This document shows positions 9,264 to 18,474 of a stretch of DNA of 64,000 bases, piece by piece (the first letter of the stretch is position 1; every line of letters begins with the position of its first letter). A program made the position numbers and the translations under genes. Under the pieces are notes generated by a model. The model saw nothing but the letters and a program-made list of their open reading frames with translations. It was not told the origin of the DNA and ran no database searches. Origin of the DNA: Armatimonadota bacterium (GTDB lineage: Bacteria; Armatimonadota; SYMT01); contig JAWLHY010000008.1 in the NCBI GenBank assembly GCA_041690135.1, positions 64,001 to 128,000 of the forward strand, in the 5' to 3' direction.

Positions 9264-10016
9264 CTACTTGAATGGGTAGTGCAGGTTGGTCGAGGCGTCG
9301 CCCCACGTCTTCGCGAACGGCAGCGTTGCGACATGGCCGTCGAGGAACAGATAGGCGGCGACGTCGCCTACGTACCGCCGCGGTTAGATCTGGACCGCGA
9401 CCATCAGGTCGTCATACGCACGGGGAAGATCTGATGGTCCCCGGTCCAGCGGCGGGTTGCAGAACTTCCACCAGAAGTACTCGTCCAGCGGATCGTGGTT
9501 CGGGCCGATCGTAAGGACGTCGAGATCGGTGCGGTCGGTGAGATAGATCGCCTCCGCCGGCCTGCCGATCTTCGCCAGCGGCCAGCCGGGGGCCAGCTCG
9601 GCGTTTAGAGCGAAGCTGGTCAGGCCCCGGTCCGACCGGCGGTCCTCGGGGCTGTACCAGACTGCTGAAATCGCGAGATACGGCTTTAGAAGCGAGGGAA
9701 GATCGCCGCCCTCCACCTTCCAAAAGAACGCCCGGTATCCGTTCCAGAGCGGCCACCGGCTCGGTAGATGTTCGTCGTAGTCGGCGCTATACATCAGCCG
9801 GGCGGCACCGATCTGCTTGAGGTGGTTGAGGGCGGTCGACTTCCGAGCGCTTGCACGCGCCTGCGTGAAGACCGGGAAGAGGATCCCGGCCAGGACCGAG
9901 ACGATGGCGATCACAACCAGCAGCTCGATGAGGGTGAACCCGGCAGGACGGCTGCGCCAGCGACGCCCGTAGAGTCGGCCCCACTCGGTCCGTGGAAGGA
10001 AAGCGAACGGCAACAT
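9264..10016 (-). pseudogene. Prepilin-type N-terminal cleavage/methylation (DUF1559 / H-X9-DG-like) protein with an internal TAA at 9384-9386
   Basis: [25 protein letters not shown]. The frame continues after the stop as PRRYVGDVAAYLFLDGHVATLPF...YPFK* ending at 9264. Confidence 0.8.
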
Positions 10017-10217
10017 GGTCCTTCTCCGACCGGCGAATCCGGTCCCCGCGGCCCGCGCTCCCCGCGGCCAGGTGCCGGGGAAGCCGAACCGGTGACCTCA
10101 GCGTAGCCGGGGAAGATGACGGAAAAGTGATGGCACGGCGTCTGCTGTCGGTGGCGATCACCGTTGGAAGAGGTAGTCGACGCCATTCAAGGACGCCAAG
10201 AGGAAGGAAGGAGAGCA

Positions 10218-10523
10218 ATGCACCTGGTTCAGATCTTTCTCCCCCTTTACGACAACAAGGGCCGGGAGCTTCCCCGCGAGCTTTACGGGGAGGTGCGGCG
10301 AGAACTCGTCGAGCGGTTCGGCGGGTTGACGGCATTCACGCGGGCGCCCGTGACCGGGCTCTGGGAGGACGCGGGGGAGACAGTCCGGGATGAGCTGGTC
10401 ATCTTTGAGGTGATGGTCGATGTTCTGGAACCTGAGTGGTGGTCAGAATACCGGGCGGAATTGGAGTGCCGTTTCCAGCAGGAAGAGGTAGTGGTCCGGG
10501 CGCAGGAGATCCGGCGGCTTTGA
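10218..10523 (+). CDS. Small conserved-looking hypothetical protein
   Basis: RBS AAGGAGAG; MHLVQIFLPLYDNKG...RFGGLTAFTRAP..GLW...RFQQEEVVVRA. Confidence 0.75.
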   Translation: MHLVQIFLPLYDNKGRELPRELYGEVRRELVERFGGLTAFTRAPVTGLWEDAGETVRDELVIFEVMVDVLEPEWWSEYRAELECRFQQEEVVVRAQEIRRL

Positions 10524-10646
10524 GTTGGGGGTGTGACTGTGGGCGCAGTAGGTGTGATGAGCGGCGGTTTCGATGGATCACTATGGTGCGCATGCCGTGC
10601 TTTGGTGGGTGTCGCTTGCGGGTGCGAACTCCGCTCTATGCGGGGC

Positions 10647-11018
10647 GCGAGTTTACCCAGCGAAGTACACCTGACGAAGCATGGGGCATAGGGCGATCCC
10701 CCTGGTGACCGCAGTGGGTCTCGATCCCCGTAGGTTACCTTCCGGCCTCGGGGCTTCGCAGCGAATTCTGCAAAGCGGGCGAGTGGGGACAAAGATGGCG
10801 GCGCGGAAGGCAGGGGGATTGCCCTATGCTGCGCCGGGTAAACTCGCAAGCCTGCCCGGCGCAGCATAGGGTCGCTAAGGCTCCTTCGCAATGACGCCGT
10901 TTCCCTCTCGGTCCCGGCTACGCCGGGTTAGGGGTGAGTGCAAGTAGCTGCGAAGGTATGGTTTCCCATCACTCGGCCGACACCCCACCCACTGCGTGGG
11001 TACCCGGTGGGTACCCGG
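10647..11018. repeat. Cluster of REP-like inverted repeats
   Basis: 17-bp perfect stem at 10822-10838/10855-10871; 10647-10704 is an interrupted inverted copy of 10811-10847; a 27-bp unit at 10983-11009 recurs at 62342-62368 (26/27). Confidence 0.65.
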
Positions 11019-11077
11019 CGCCGTCACTCCGCCAAGCCGCGCTGACCTGGGTGGAGAAACAGGATCGCGCCGGGTGG

Positions 11078-11575
11078 TCAATCTCCGTTCAGTTCTCTAT
11101 CCTTTAACCGCTTCAGGGCGTCGACCTGGCAGGTTTGTTCGGGGCCTGACCCTGCTTTCCGGACAAGAATCGTCGCGGTACCGAAATCGACTCCCAGAGC
11201 CAGGAGCACGCCAATCGCAAAAGTACCCGTGCGGCCGATGCCCGCTCCGCAATGGACCAGAAGGGAGTCTCCCTCGCGCAGCGCGGTGGCGGCCCGGCGA
11301 GTCATCCGGGCGAAGGCGTCGTCCGGGGGAGCCCCGAAGTCCGGGATGGGCAAACTCCAGATCTCACAGGGGCATTCGCCGGCCTCGAGTGCCGTCGCGT
11401 AGCCTGGGGACGTTTTCCGGACTTCGGTATCCGGGGCGAGGCAGACGATCGTGCGAATACCGAGGCGGTGGACTTGCTCCCAGCTCTCCTCCAGCGGATC
11501 GTAACGTCCGGGCATGCTGTGCAGATAGAGTTGCCCGGTCACCCCGTCCGACAGTTTCACCTGTCGAAATTCCAT
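11078..11575 (-). CDS. Dual-specificity / tyrosine protein phosphatase family
   Basis: P-loop VHCGAGIGRTG, acid loop LPIPDFGAP, and GPEQ..Q. Confidence 0.88.
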   Translation of the reverse strand: MEFRQVKLSDGVTGQLYLHSMPGRYDPLEESWEQVHRLGIRTIVCLAPDTEVRKTSPGYATALEAGECPCEIWSLPIPDFGAPPDDAFARMTRRAATALREGDSLLVHCGAGIGRTGTFAIGVLLALGVDFGTATILVRKAGSGPEQTCQVDALKRLKDRELNGD

Positions 11576-11594
11576 GGTTTATCACCTGCGAAGG

Positions 11595-11752
11595 ACTGCG
11601 TGGGAGAAATGAGCAGTTTCAGGAACCGGAACAGATGCGGCTCACCTCCGCCCGCCACGGAATGGAATTCCCCGGCTACTTCAGTGTGAAACCCCTCCAG
11701 GGTTGGTGTGGCACAAGACCGGTCCAGATCTGGGCATTTACTTCCCACTACC
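11595..11752. repeat. ~158-bp structured dispersed element, copy B
   Basis: Shares CCGCCACGGAATGGAATTCC, GTGAAACCCCT and TTACTTCC..CTACC with 8062-8220. Confidence 0.65.
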
Positions 11753-11823
11753 TATTATTGGGTCAAATCCCCTGCGGGTTGCTACTTTGTCGGTGGGAGC
11801 GGACCCCCACAAGGCAACACGGG

Positions 11824-11875
11824 TACAAGCCCAAAGCCAGGCGGGGACAGAGATCCCACCCTACATTTACAGGCG
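11824..11875. repeat. ~50-bp GTAG-REP-like repeat (second copy at 57510-57561)
   Basis: TACAAGCCCA...CCAGGCGG......ATCCC(A/G)CCCTACAT is present at both sites. Confidence 0.55.
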
Positions 11876-12026
11876 TGGTGGCATCACCCTTCCGGTAAGG
11901 CTACTGATCCAGGTGATGGATCCCGCCGGGGGCAGGGCGGAGCGTCGGGTGGGGAGGTGGTCACAGGCCGCGCCGAGAATGGGAGTTACGCTGAATATCT
12001 GGATGTGGAGGGTTGGTCGCGGTCCG

Positions 12027-14141
12027 ATGAGTCTCTCACTTTTCCGCAGTGCTGCGGCGATACTACCGATCTCCGGGCTGGTGCTGGTCGCCGCCCAGCC
12101 TTCCGTCCGGGCGCAGGGCACCCAGTTTCGACCGCCGGCCGTGCCGCTGGCAACGCACGATCCGTACTTGAGTGTCTGGTCCACGCGGGACCGGCTGGGG
12201 GAGGACTGGCCGCGCCATTGGACGGGCGCTATCCATGCGATGTGCGGGATGGTCCGTATCGATGGGAAGCCGTTCCGGTTCATGGGGGCCGCGCCGCAGG
12301 GGCTGCCGGAGTTGCCGCAGATGAGCGTGGAGGTGCTGCCGACCCGCACCCTTTACCGTTTCGAGACCGGCGGGGTGCGCCTGGGGGTTACCTTTACCAC
12401 GCCGGCGTTGCCGCACGACCTGGACCTGCTGTCCCGGCCGGTCACCTACGTCACCTGGGACGTGCAGGCGACGGACGGCAAGCAGCACCAGGTTTCCGTG
12501 TACTTCGACGCGACGGGCGAATGGGTGGTGAACCAGGCGTCGCAGCCGGTGGCGTGGTCTCGTCCGCAGGTGGAGGGGCTGGACGTGATGCGGATCGGCT
12601 CGCAGGAGCAGCCGGTCCTCGCAAAGGCCGGGGACAATCTCCGGATCGACTGGGGGCACCTCTACGTGGCCCGCCCGAACCGGGACGCCGGGGAGGAGGT
12701 CATCGCCAGCGACCGCACCGCGCGGGAGGCGTTCGTCGCGGCCGGAGATCTTCCGGATGCGGACGATACCCGCCAGCCGCGGCCCGCTTCCCAGGAGTGG
12801 CCGGTTCTTGCCGCGACCTTCGACTTCGGCGAGGTGGGCCGGAAGGCAGAGTCGCAGCACCTGCTCCTCGCCTACGACGACCTTTACTCCATCGAGCACA
12901 TGGGGCGGAAGCTGCGCCCCTGGTGGCGGCGCGGCGGCGAGACCGCCGAAGGGTTGCTGCGGACCGCGGAACGGGAGTACCGGGATCTCGCCAGGCGGTG
13001 CAGCCGCTACGACGCGGACCTGATGCGCGACCTCCGCGCGGCCGGCGGCGAGAAGTACGCGGAGTTGGCGGCCCTCTCGTTCCGGCAGTGCCTGGCCGCC
13101 CATAAGCTGGCGGCGGGCGCGGACGGCACGCCCCTCTCCTTCTCCAAGGAGAACTTCAGCAACGGCTGTATCGCTACCGTGGACGTGACATACCCGTCGT
13201 CGCCTTTCTTCCTGCTCTTGAACCCCACGCTGCTCAAGGGGCAGCTCATCCCCATACTGGACTACGCGCAGTCACCGCGGTGGCGCTTCCCGTTTGCGCC
13301 GCATGACCTGGGCACCTATCCGAAGGCGAACGGCCAGGTCTACGGCGGCGGGGAGCGGTCCGAAGAGAACCAGATGCCCGTGGAAGAGTGCGGGAATATG
13401 CTGGTCATGGTGGCGGCCCTCGCAAAGGTGGAAGGTCACGCCCGCTTCGCGGAGCGCTACTGGCCGGTGCTCACGCGGTGGGCGAATTACCTGCGGGAGA
13501 AGGGCCTGGACCCGGAGAACCAGCTCTGCACGGACGACTTCGCGGGTCACCTGGCGCACAACGCGAACCTGTCGCTCAAAGCCATCGAGGGGATCGGCGG
13601 TTATGCAATGCTGTGCGAGATGCTGGGCAAGCGGGAGGAGGCCGCTGCTTACCGCAAGACTGCCGCGGAGATGGCCCGGCAGTGGGTCGTCCTCGCGAAG
13701 GACGGCGACCACTACCGGCTCACGTTCGACCGTCCGGGCACGTGGAGCCAGAAGTATAACCTGGTCTGGGACCGGATCCTGGGTCTCGACCTCTTCCCGC
13801 CGGCAGTCGCGCGGACAGAGATCGCCTACTACCTGAAGCGCCAGAACCGGTACGGTTTGCCGCTGGACAGCCGGAAGGGGTACACCAAGCTGGACTGGAT
13901 CGTGTGGAGCGCCACGATGGCGGAGAAGCGGGCCGACTTCGAGGCGCTGATCGCGCCGGTCCATCGATTCGCCCACGAGACCCCGAACCGGGTGCCCCTT
14001 ACGGATTGGTATGAGACGACGGACGGCAAGCAGGTGGGCTTCCAGGCACGATCGGTGGTCGGCGGCGTGTTCATCAAGCTCCTGTCGGAGCCGAAGCTGC
14101 GGAAGCGGTGGGTTCAACGGGCTGCTTCAGTTTCGTGGTGA
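12027..14141 (+). CDS. Glutaminase GtaA-like / DUF4965-DUF5127 (alpha/alpha-barrel) exported protein
   Basis: RPPAVPL..HDPYLSVWS, FSKENFSNGCIATVDVTYP, APHDLGTYP.A.GQ, MPVEECGNM, LCTDDFAG, SQKYNLVWD; signal peptide. Confidence 0.85.
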   Translation: MSLSLFRSAAAILPISGLVLVAAQPSVRAQGTQFRPPAVPLATHDPYLSVWSTRDRLGEDWPRHWTGAIHAMCGMVRIDGKPFRFMGAAPQGLPELPQMSVEVLPTRTLYRFETGGVRLGVTFTTPALPHDLDLLSRPVTYVTWDVQATDGKQHQVSVYFDATGEWVVNQASQPVAWSRPQVEGLDVMRIGSQEQPVLAKAGDNLRIDWGHLYVARPNRDAGEEVIASDRTAREAFVAAGDLPDADDTRQPRPASQEWPVLAATFDFGEVGRKAESQHLLLAYDDLYSIEHMGRKLRPWWRRGGETAEGLLRTAEREYRDLARRCSRYDADLMRDLRAAGGEKYAELAALSFRQCLAAHKLAAGADGTPLSFSKENFSNGCIATVDVTYPSSPFFLLLNPTLLKGQLIPILDYAQSPRWRFPFAPHDLGTYPKANGQVYGGGERSEENQMPVEECGNMLVMVAALAKVEGHARFAERYWPVLTRWANYLREKGLDPENQLCTDDFAGHLAHNANLSLKAIEGIGGYAMLCEMLGKREEAAAYRKTAAEMARQWVVLAKDGDHYRLTFDRPGTWSQKYNLVWDRILGLDLFPPAVARTEIAYYLKRQNRYGLPLDSRKGYTKLDWIVWSATMAEKRADFEALIAPVHRFAHETPNRVPLTDWYETTDGKQVGFQARSVVGGVFIKLLSEPKLRKRWVQRAASVSW

Positions 14142-14178
14142 TAGTGAACCCGGTAAGGCCGTTTGCCAGGAGTTTGGA

Positions 14179-15471
14179 ATGACCAACCGCCGCACGCTCT
14201 TGCAGACCGGGGCCGTCGCCGCCGAAGCGCTGCTCCGCCCGGATCGGTTCGCCCTGGGCGCCAGCATCGATCCTGGCCATCTTCCGAAGGATGGGTCGGA
14301 TCCGGAGGGGATGCCAGAGGGGGAGAAAGAGGGGCCGCCAATCGAAAAGACAGGCTCCGATGTCGGTTCGCTCTTTCCGTTCATCCAGAGCCAGGTGACG
14401 CAAGCGCCCTCACTGTCTTTTCTGCGGGAGGAGTTCGCGGACCGTGCGGCCTGGCAACACCGGGCCCGGAAGCAACTGCTGGATCTGCTCCACTACGCGC
14501 CTCCGGCCTGCGAACCGGCTCCGGAGGTGGTGGAGAAGGTCGACCGCGGAGATTACGTACAGGAGAAGGTCCTCTTCAACACCACGCCGGACCTGCGGGT
14601 GCCGGCTTACGTCCTCGTGCCCAAGGGAGCGAGGCGGCCCTTGCCGGGTATCGTGGCGCTCCATGACCACGGCGGTTTCTATCTCTGGGGCAAGGCGAAA
14701 CTGGTGGAGGCGCCGGCGGAGCACACAACGCTCCAGGAGTTCAAGCGCCGCTACTACGCGGGCCGGAGCATCGCTTCCGATCTGGCCCGGCAGGGCTACG
14801 TGGTGGCCGTTATCGACATGTTTTACTGGGGCGAGCGGCGCATGCTCCTGGACGACGATCCGGCCGACTGGCGCGACCGGCCGCTCGACATGCCGGCGGA
14901 GCGGGTCGCTGCCTTCAATCGCCGCGCCGGACAGAGTGAGTCCCTGGTGGGGCGGACCATCTTCGCCGCAGGGTTCACCTGGCCCGGAGTGATGTTTTGG
15001 GATGATCGGCGCACAGTAGACTACCTCGTCAGCCGCCCGGAAGTCGACCCCAACCGGATCGGGTGTGTCGGGCTCTCTGTCGGAGGCCTGCGCTCCTGCC
15101 ACCTGGCAGCCTTGGACCCGCGCATCAAAGCGGCGGTCGTGGTGGGCTGGATGACTTCCTTCCCTGCCCAACTCAAAAAGCATGTGGTTCACACGATCGG
15201 CCACACCAAGCTGGTACCGGGTCTCTACCGCCACCTCGACTATCCGGATGTTGCTTCCCTGGCGATGCCTACGGCCCTGTTGGTGATCAACGGGAGTCAG
15301 GACCGGCTGTTCGACCCGGAAGGAGTCCGCAGCAGCTTCGGTACGCTGGCAGCGTGCTATCGCAAAGCCGGCATCTCGGACCGCGTCCGGACGCGCCTGT
15401 ATGATACCCCTCACGTGTTCAACGCAGACATGCAGGCGGAAGCATGGGAATGGCTGCGCCGGTGGATCTAG
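14179..15471 (+). CDS. Alpha/beta hydrolase (dienelactone hydrolase / Abhydrolase_7-like), with a Tat-like leader
   Basis: MTNRRTLLQ leader, LHDHGG, nucleophile elbow GLSVGG, Asp in GSQDRLF, His in TPHVF. Confidence 0.85.
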   Translation: MTNRRTLLQTGAVAAEALLRPDRFALGASIDPGHLPKDGSDPEGMPEGEKEGPPIEKTGSDVGSLFPFIQSQVTQAPSLSFLREEFADRAAWQHRARKQLLDLLHYAPPACEPAPEVVEKVDRGDYVQEKVLFNTTPDLRVPAYVLVPKGARRPLPGIVALHDHGGFYLWGKAKLVEAPAEHTTLQEFKRRYYAGRSIASDLARQGYVVAVIDMFYWGERRMLLDDDPADWRDRPLDMPAERVAAFNRRAGQSESLVGRTIFAAGFTWPGVMFWDDRRTVDYLVSRPEVDPNRIGCVGLSVGGLRSCHLAALDPRIKAAVVVGWMTSFPAQLKKHVVHTIGHTKLVPGLYRHLDYPDVASLAMPTALLVINGSQDRLFDPEGVRSSFGTLAACYRKAGISDRVRTRLYDTPHVFNADMQAEAWEWLRRWI

Positions 15472-15898
15472 GCGCGTGGTCAGGTTCCAGGTTCGTTTCC
15501 GACACAGATGGACACAGCGCGGCAGAGCCGCAACCCAATCAAGCCGCCAAGAGCGCCGAGACGAAGGTAGCGGCAAAGCGAAGCTTTGTCGGCTGAATGA
15601 GACTTGAAGTCGGGGAGACGGGGGCAGGGTCACGAGGGACTGTGGCGCTGGTGGATGGTAGGTTGGCGGGGCGGGAGCCGGGGGCAGGGTCGCAAGAGTG
15701 CCGATGCAATCGGCGTCTCCACACTAACGGTCCGAACAGGCGTAGGTTTGGCGAGGCGGGACGCGGAGATCATCGCCGCCATGTACAGGCAGGTGTCTCC
15801 CGAAAGCGAGCCGGGGAGGCGTTTGCTGGAAGAGCTAAGCGAGGTTGAGGATGTCCCTGTGCGGATGGCGGCCCTCCATGCGAAAGCCTCCGCCCTGT

Positions 15899-18466
15899 TC
15901 AGGGGCGGAGACCGATCTGGCGAGTGATGGACGGGTCTTTGATCCTGGTGTCTTCGGCGAGCATGAAGGCCTTGCTGAGGATCACTGAGAGGGTCCGGTC
16001 CCCTTCGAAGGGAAGGAAGACCTCCTCGCGGGCTTTCTCGCCCCGGTCGGGAACGATGCAGAGGTACTGATCGTTCGGCTCCATCAGGATGTTGCTGCTG
16101 CCCAGGTGGATCTTGTACGTCCGCAGCGTGCCCTTAACCCGGAGAAACTTACCGTCCACCGAACACCGGTCGCGGATCTTCAGGCGGGGCAGCAGTCGCT
16201 GCAGCAACTGCTTGCGGGTCTCCGCGGAATTGGAGAGGTCCCCGAACGAGTAGCTGTGCCAGTAGTCCTGGAATTGCTGCGTCCCGCGATCCATCCAGGC
16301 GGGATCGTTGCCGACGCTGGCCACGCCCACGAACAGGTCCACGTCCCGCATGACTTCCGTGAAAGCTAGCGCGGGAACGTCGGTGAGCGGAACCACCGTC
16401 TCTCCACGCATGAAGCGCACCTGGTCCGTGCTCACGTAGAGGCAGATGCCGGTTTCCGACATGCCGTTCACGCCGTCGCCGATCGGATCCACCCAGAACT
16501 CAGCGCGGAGGTCCCACTCCGGCACGACCCGAACGGCAATCGGGACCTCGCCGCTATCGAAGCCGCCCTGGATCCGATAAGTCCACCCGCGCTGGTCGCA
16601 AAGGGCCTTGAACTGGTGCTGCTTCAAGACATGCGCCGCGAAGCGGTTCGAGTAAATGTGGGTAGCCAGCTCTGCGTCCGTGAGGAGGTAAATCTCACGG
16701 TGCGCCTGTTTGAATGGCTGGGTGACGGCATTCTCCTCCAGCCAGGTGCGCCATTGCAGCACGGTCTCGGGATCGAACCCCACCGGGTGCCAGAGCCGGA
16801 CCCGGGTAGACTCTTGCAGCCAGCCGAGGGGTTGGCCCTGCACGTCCACCGGCGTCCCACCGTGTGGGATCGCCAGGGCGGTCCGCTCTCCCTCTCGGAA
16901 ATGCCAGATCAGCCTTCGCGTAAGGGGCGCGAGGAGCGGATGCTCCAGGTAGCGCTCTCTCCAGTCGGCCAGGGTCCACTCGCGCTCGGTGATGAGCAGG
17001 CGCTCCACACGGTCCCGCTGTGCGGGGAGCAGCTTCTGGATCTCCTTCAGAGTCTGCTGGAGGGCCTTCAGTTCCTCGGCGTGGCCGCGCTTCACTTCCG
17101 CAGGGACCGCCTTCTGCGGCTTTCCTTCCTGCGTAAACCAGGTGAGCCGCACGTCTCGCGTGCCGTCCAGGCGGACTTCCGCGACGCACTCTCCAATCTG
17201 AGAGCGGTAACTACCCGAAATCTCCAGTCCGAAGGTGGGAACCGCCATCTCTTCCAGATCGGTGGGCGTCAGGCCGGCGCGGACCGCGGCGGCTTCCAAG
17301 GCCTTTTCGATCTGCTTCAGGGCGCTCGGGTTCTCGACGCGTGATTTGAGGCGGCTCAACTGCGCGGCGGCCTCGGTGCGGGGTGAGAGGCTCAGGGCGT
17401 GCACCGCCCCATTCCCGACTTTCGGACAGCGCGGGCCGTGCCAGGTCACCTTTCGATAACAGGTCTCGGCGAGGTCGCCCAGGAGATGCGGAAGTGGGGA
17501 AGCATCGACCGGCGCGCAGCACCACGCTAACCCTTTGAGAAGGTCCGCGTTGCCGTCGGCCAGGATCAGGTCCGGGTCCGGCACCCATTCGCTCTCACGC
17601 TCGCGATGGTCCGTGCGGCGCTCCACCACGAGAGGAAGCCAGTGCTGCATCCGCTGTACGAAGAGTTCCGTACCCAGACTCTCCACCCGGCTGGCGGCCT
17701 CTTTCAGCCATTTCGCGGACGGCTTGGAGCTGTCCGCGGTGCGAGCATGGGAGAGCAACGCCTCCCAGGCAGCGCGCTCCACCGGCGGGGCAGTGGAGAG
17801 GTCTTGCCGGAGCGCGTCGGCCCACGGTTCCCCTGGTTCCGGTAACAAAGAGCCGTGGTTACCCCGGAGCGCATCGATCCGCGCCACCAGTTTCCGGATT
17901 TCGGCATCGTCCTGCCTGGCCTCCGGGGCCGGACGAATCCTCCCGAGTTGCTCCGTCGCACCCTCCGGTAGACCGGACTCTGAAGCGATCCGCTCGACGA
18001 GCGTGATCAGGCGGGCCATCGGAAAGTCCACCGGAAAGAGCAGCCGCGGGTTAGGGGCTCGGAACGCCTCGGTAATGCGCGCAGTCCGCTCCAGGATGAG
18101 CGAAAGTGCCGCCCAGTCGACGGGCAGCTTGCGGGCGAGGAGGCGGTCCAGTACCTGCAAGGTAGTCCGTTGTGCGCGGAATCCCCAGTGCTGCGCTTCT
18201 CCGCTCCGGGGCACCTTCACCACGAGGGCCCGCTCCAACGCGGCATGGACCACGCCGAGTTGCTGCTCCGGCTCCATCTCGAGAATCGCCTGGCCGGCAG
18301 GGAGATCACCCAGCGCGGGAATGCGAGAGTAGACGCCGACGCCGGACGCACTCGCTTCCAGAAAGGCTTCGAGGGCGCGGGCGGCCTCAACAGGCGCCGG
18401 CTCCAGGTCGCTGGCCGGCGGCGTGCCGGCCGGCAGCAGGTTACGGACAAAGCCCAGGATGTCCAT
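15899..18466 (-). CDS. DUF4132 domain-containing protein
   Basis: LEEMAVPTFGL, QRDRVERL, HPLL..LTRRLIW, VRLWHP, QPFKQAHREIY, SNRFAAH, EVMRDVDLFVGVASV, YKIHLGS.NILMEPNDQYLCIVP. Confidence 0.88.
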   Translation of the reverse strand: MDILGFVRNLLPAGTPPASDLEPAPVEAARALEAFLEASASGVGVYSRIPALGDLPAGQAILEMEPEQQLGVVHAALERALVVKVPRSGEAQHWGFRAQRTTLQVLDRLLARKLPVDWAALSLILERTARITEAFRAPNPRLLFPVDFPMARLITLVERIASESGLPEGATEQLGRIRPAPEARQDDAEIRKLVARIDALRGNHGSLLPEPGEPWADALRQDLSTAPPVERAAWEALLSHARTADSSKPSAKWLKEAASRVESLGTELFVQRMQHWLPLVVERRTDHRERESEWVPDPDLILADGNADLLKGLAWCCAPVDASPLPHLLGDLAETCYRKVTWHGPRCPKVGNGAVHALSLSPRTEAAAQLSRLKSRVENPSALKQIEKALEAAAVRAGLTPTDLEEMAVPTFGLEISGSYRSQIGECVAEVRLDGTRDVRLTWFTQEGKPQKAVPAEVKRGHAEELKALQQTLKEIQKLLPAQRDRVERLLITEREWTLADWRERYLEHPLLAPLTRRLIWHFREGERTALAIPHGGTPVDVQGQPLGWLQESTRVRLWHPVGFDPETVLQWRTWLEENAVTQPFKQAHREIYLLTDAELATHIYSNRFAAHVLKQHQFKALCDQRGWTYRIQGGFDSGEVPIAVRVVPEWDLRAEFWVDPIGDGVNGMSETGICLYVSTDQVRFMRGETVVPLTDVPALAFTEVMRDVDLFVGVASVGNDPAWMDRGTQQFQDYWHSYSFGDLSNSAETRKQLLQRLLPRLKIRDRCSVDGKFLRVKGTLRTYKIHLGSSNILMEPNDQYLCIVPDRGEKAREEVFLPFEGDRTLSVILSKAFMLAEDTRIKDPSITRQIGLRP

Positions 18467-18474
18467 GGATGCGG

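Noticed and set aside
9384-9386. Stop-codon recoding (Sec/Pyl) in the prepilin gene
   Set aside because: The codon is TAA, not TGA or TAG, and neighbouring decay favours a nonsense mutation.
15604-15927. 107-aa ORF
   Set aside because: Weak start, no recognisable motif, and it overlaps the DUF4132 3' end; may be a remnant but cannot be supported.
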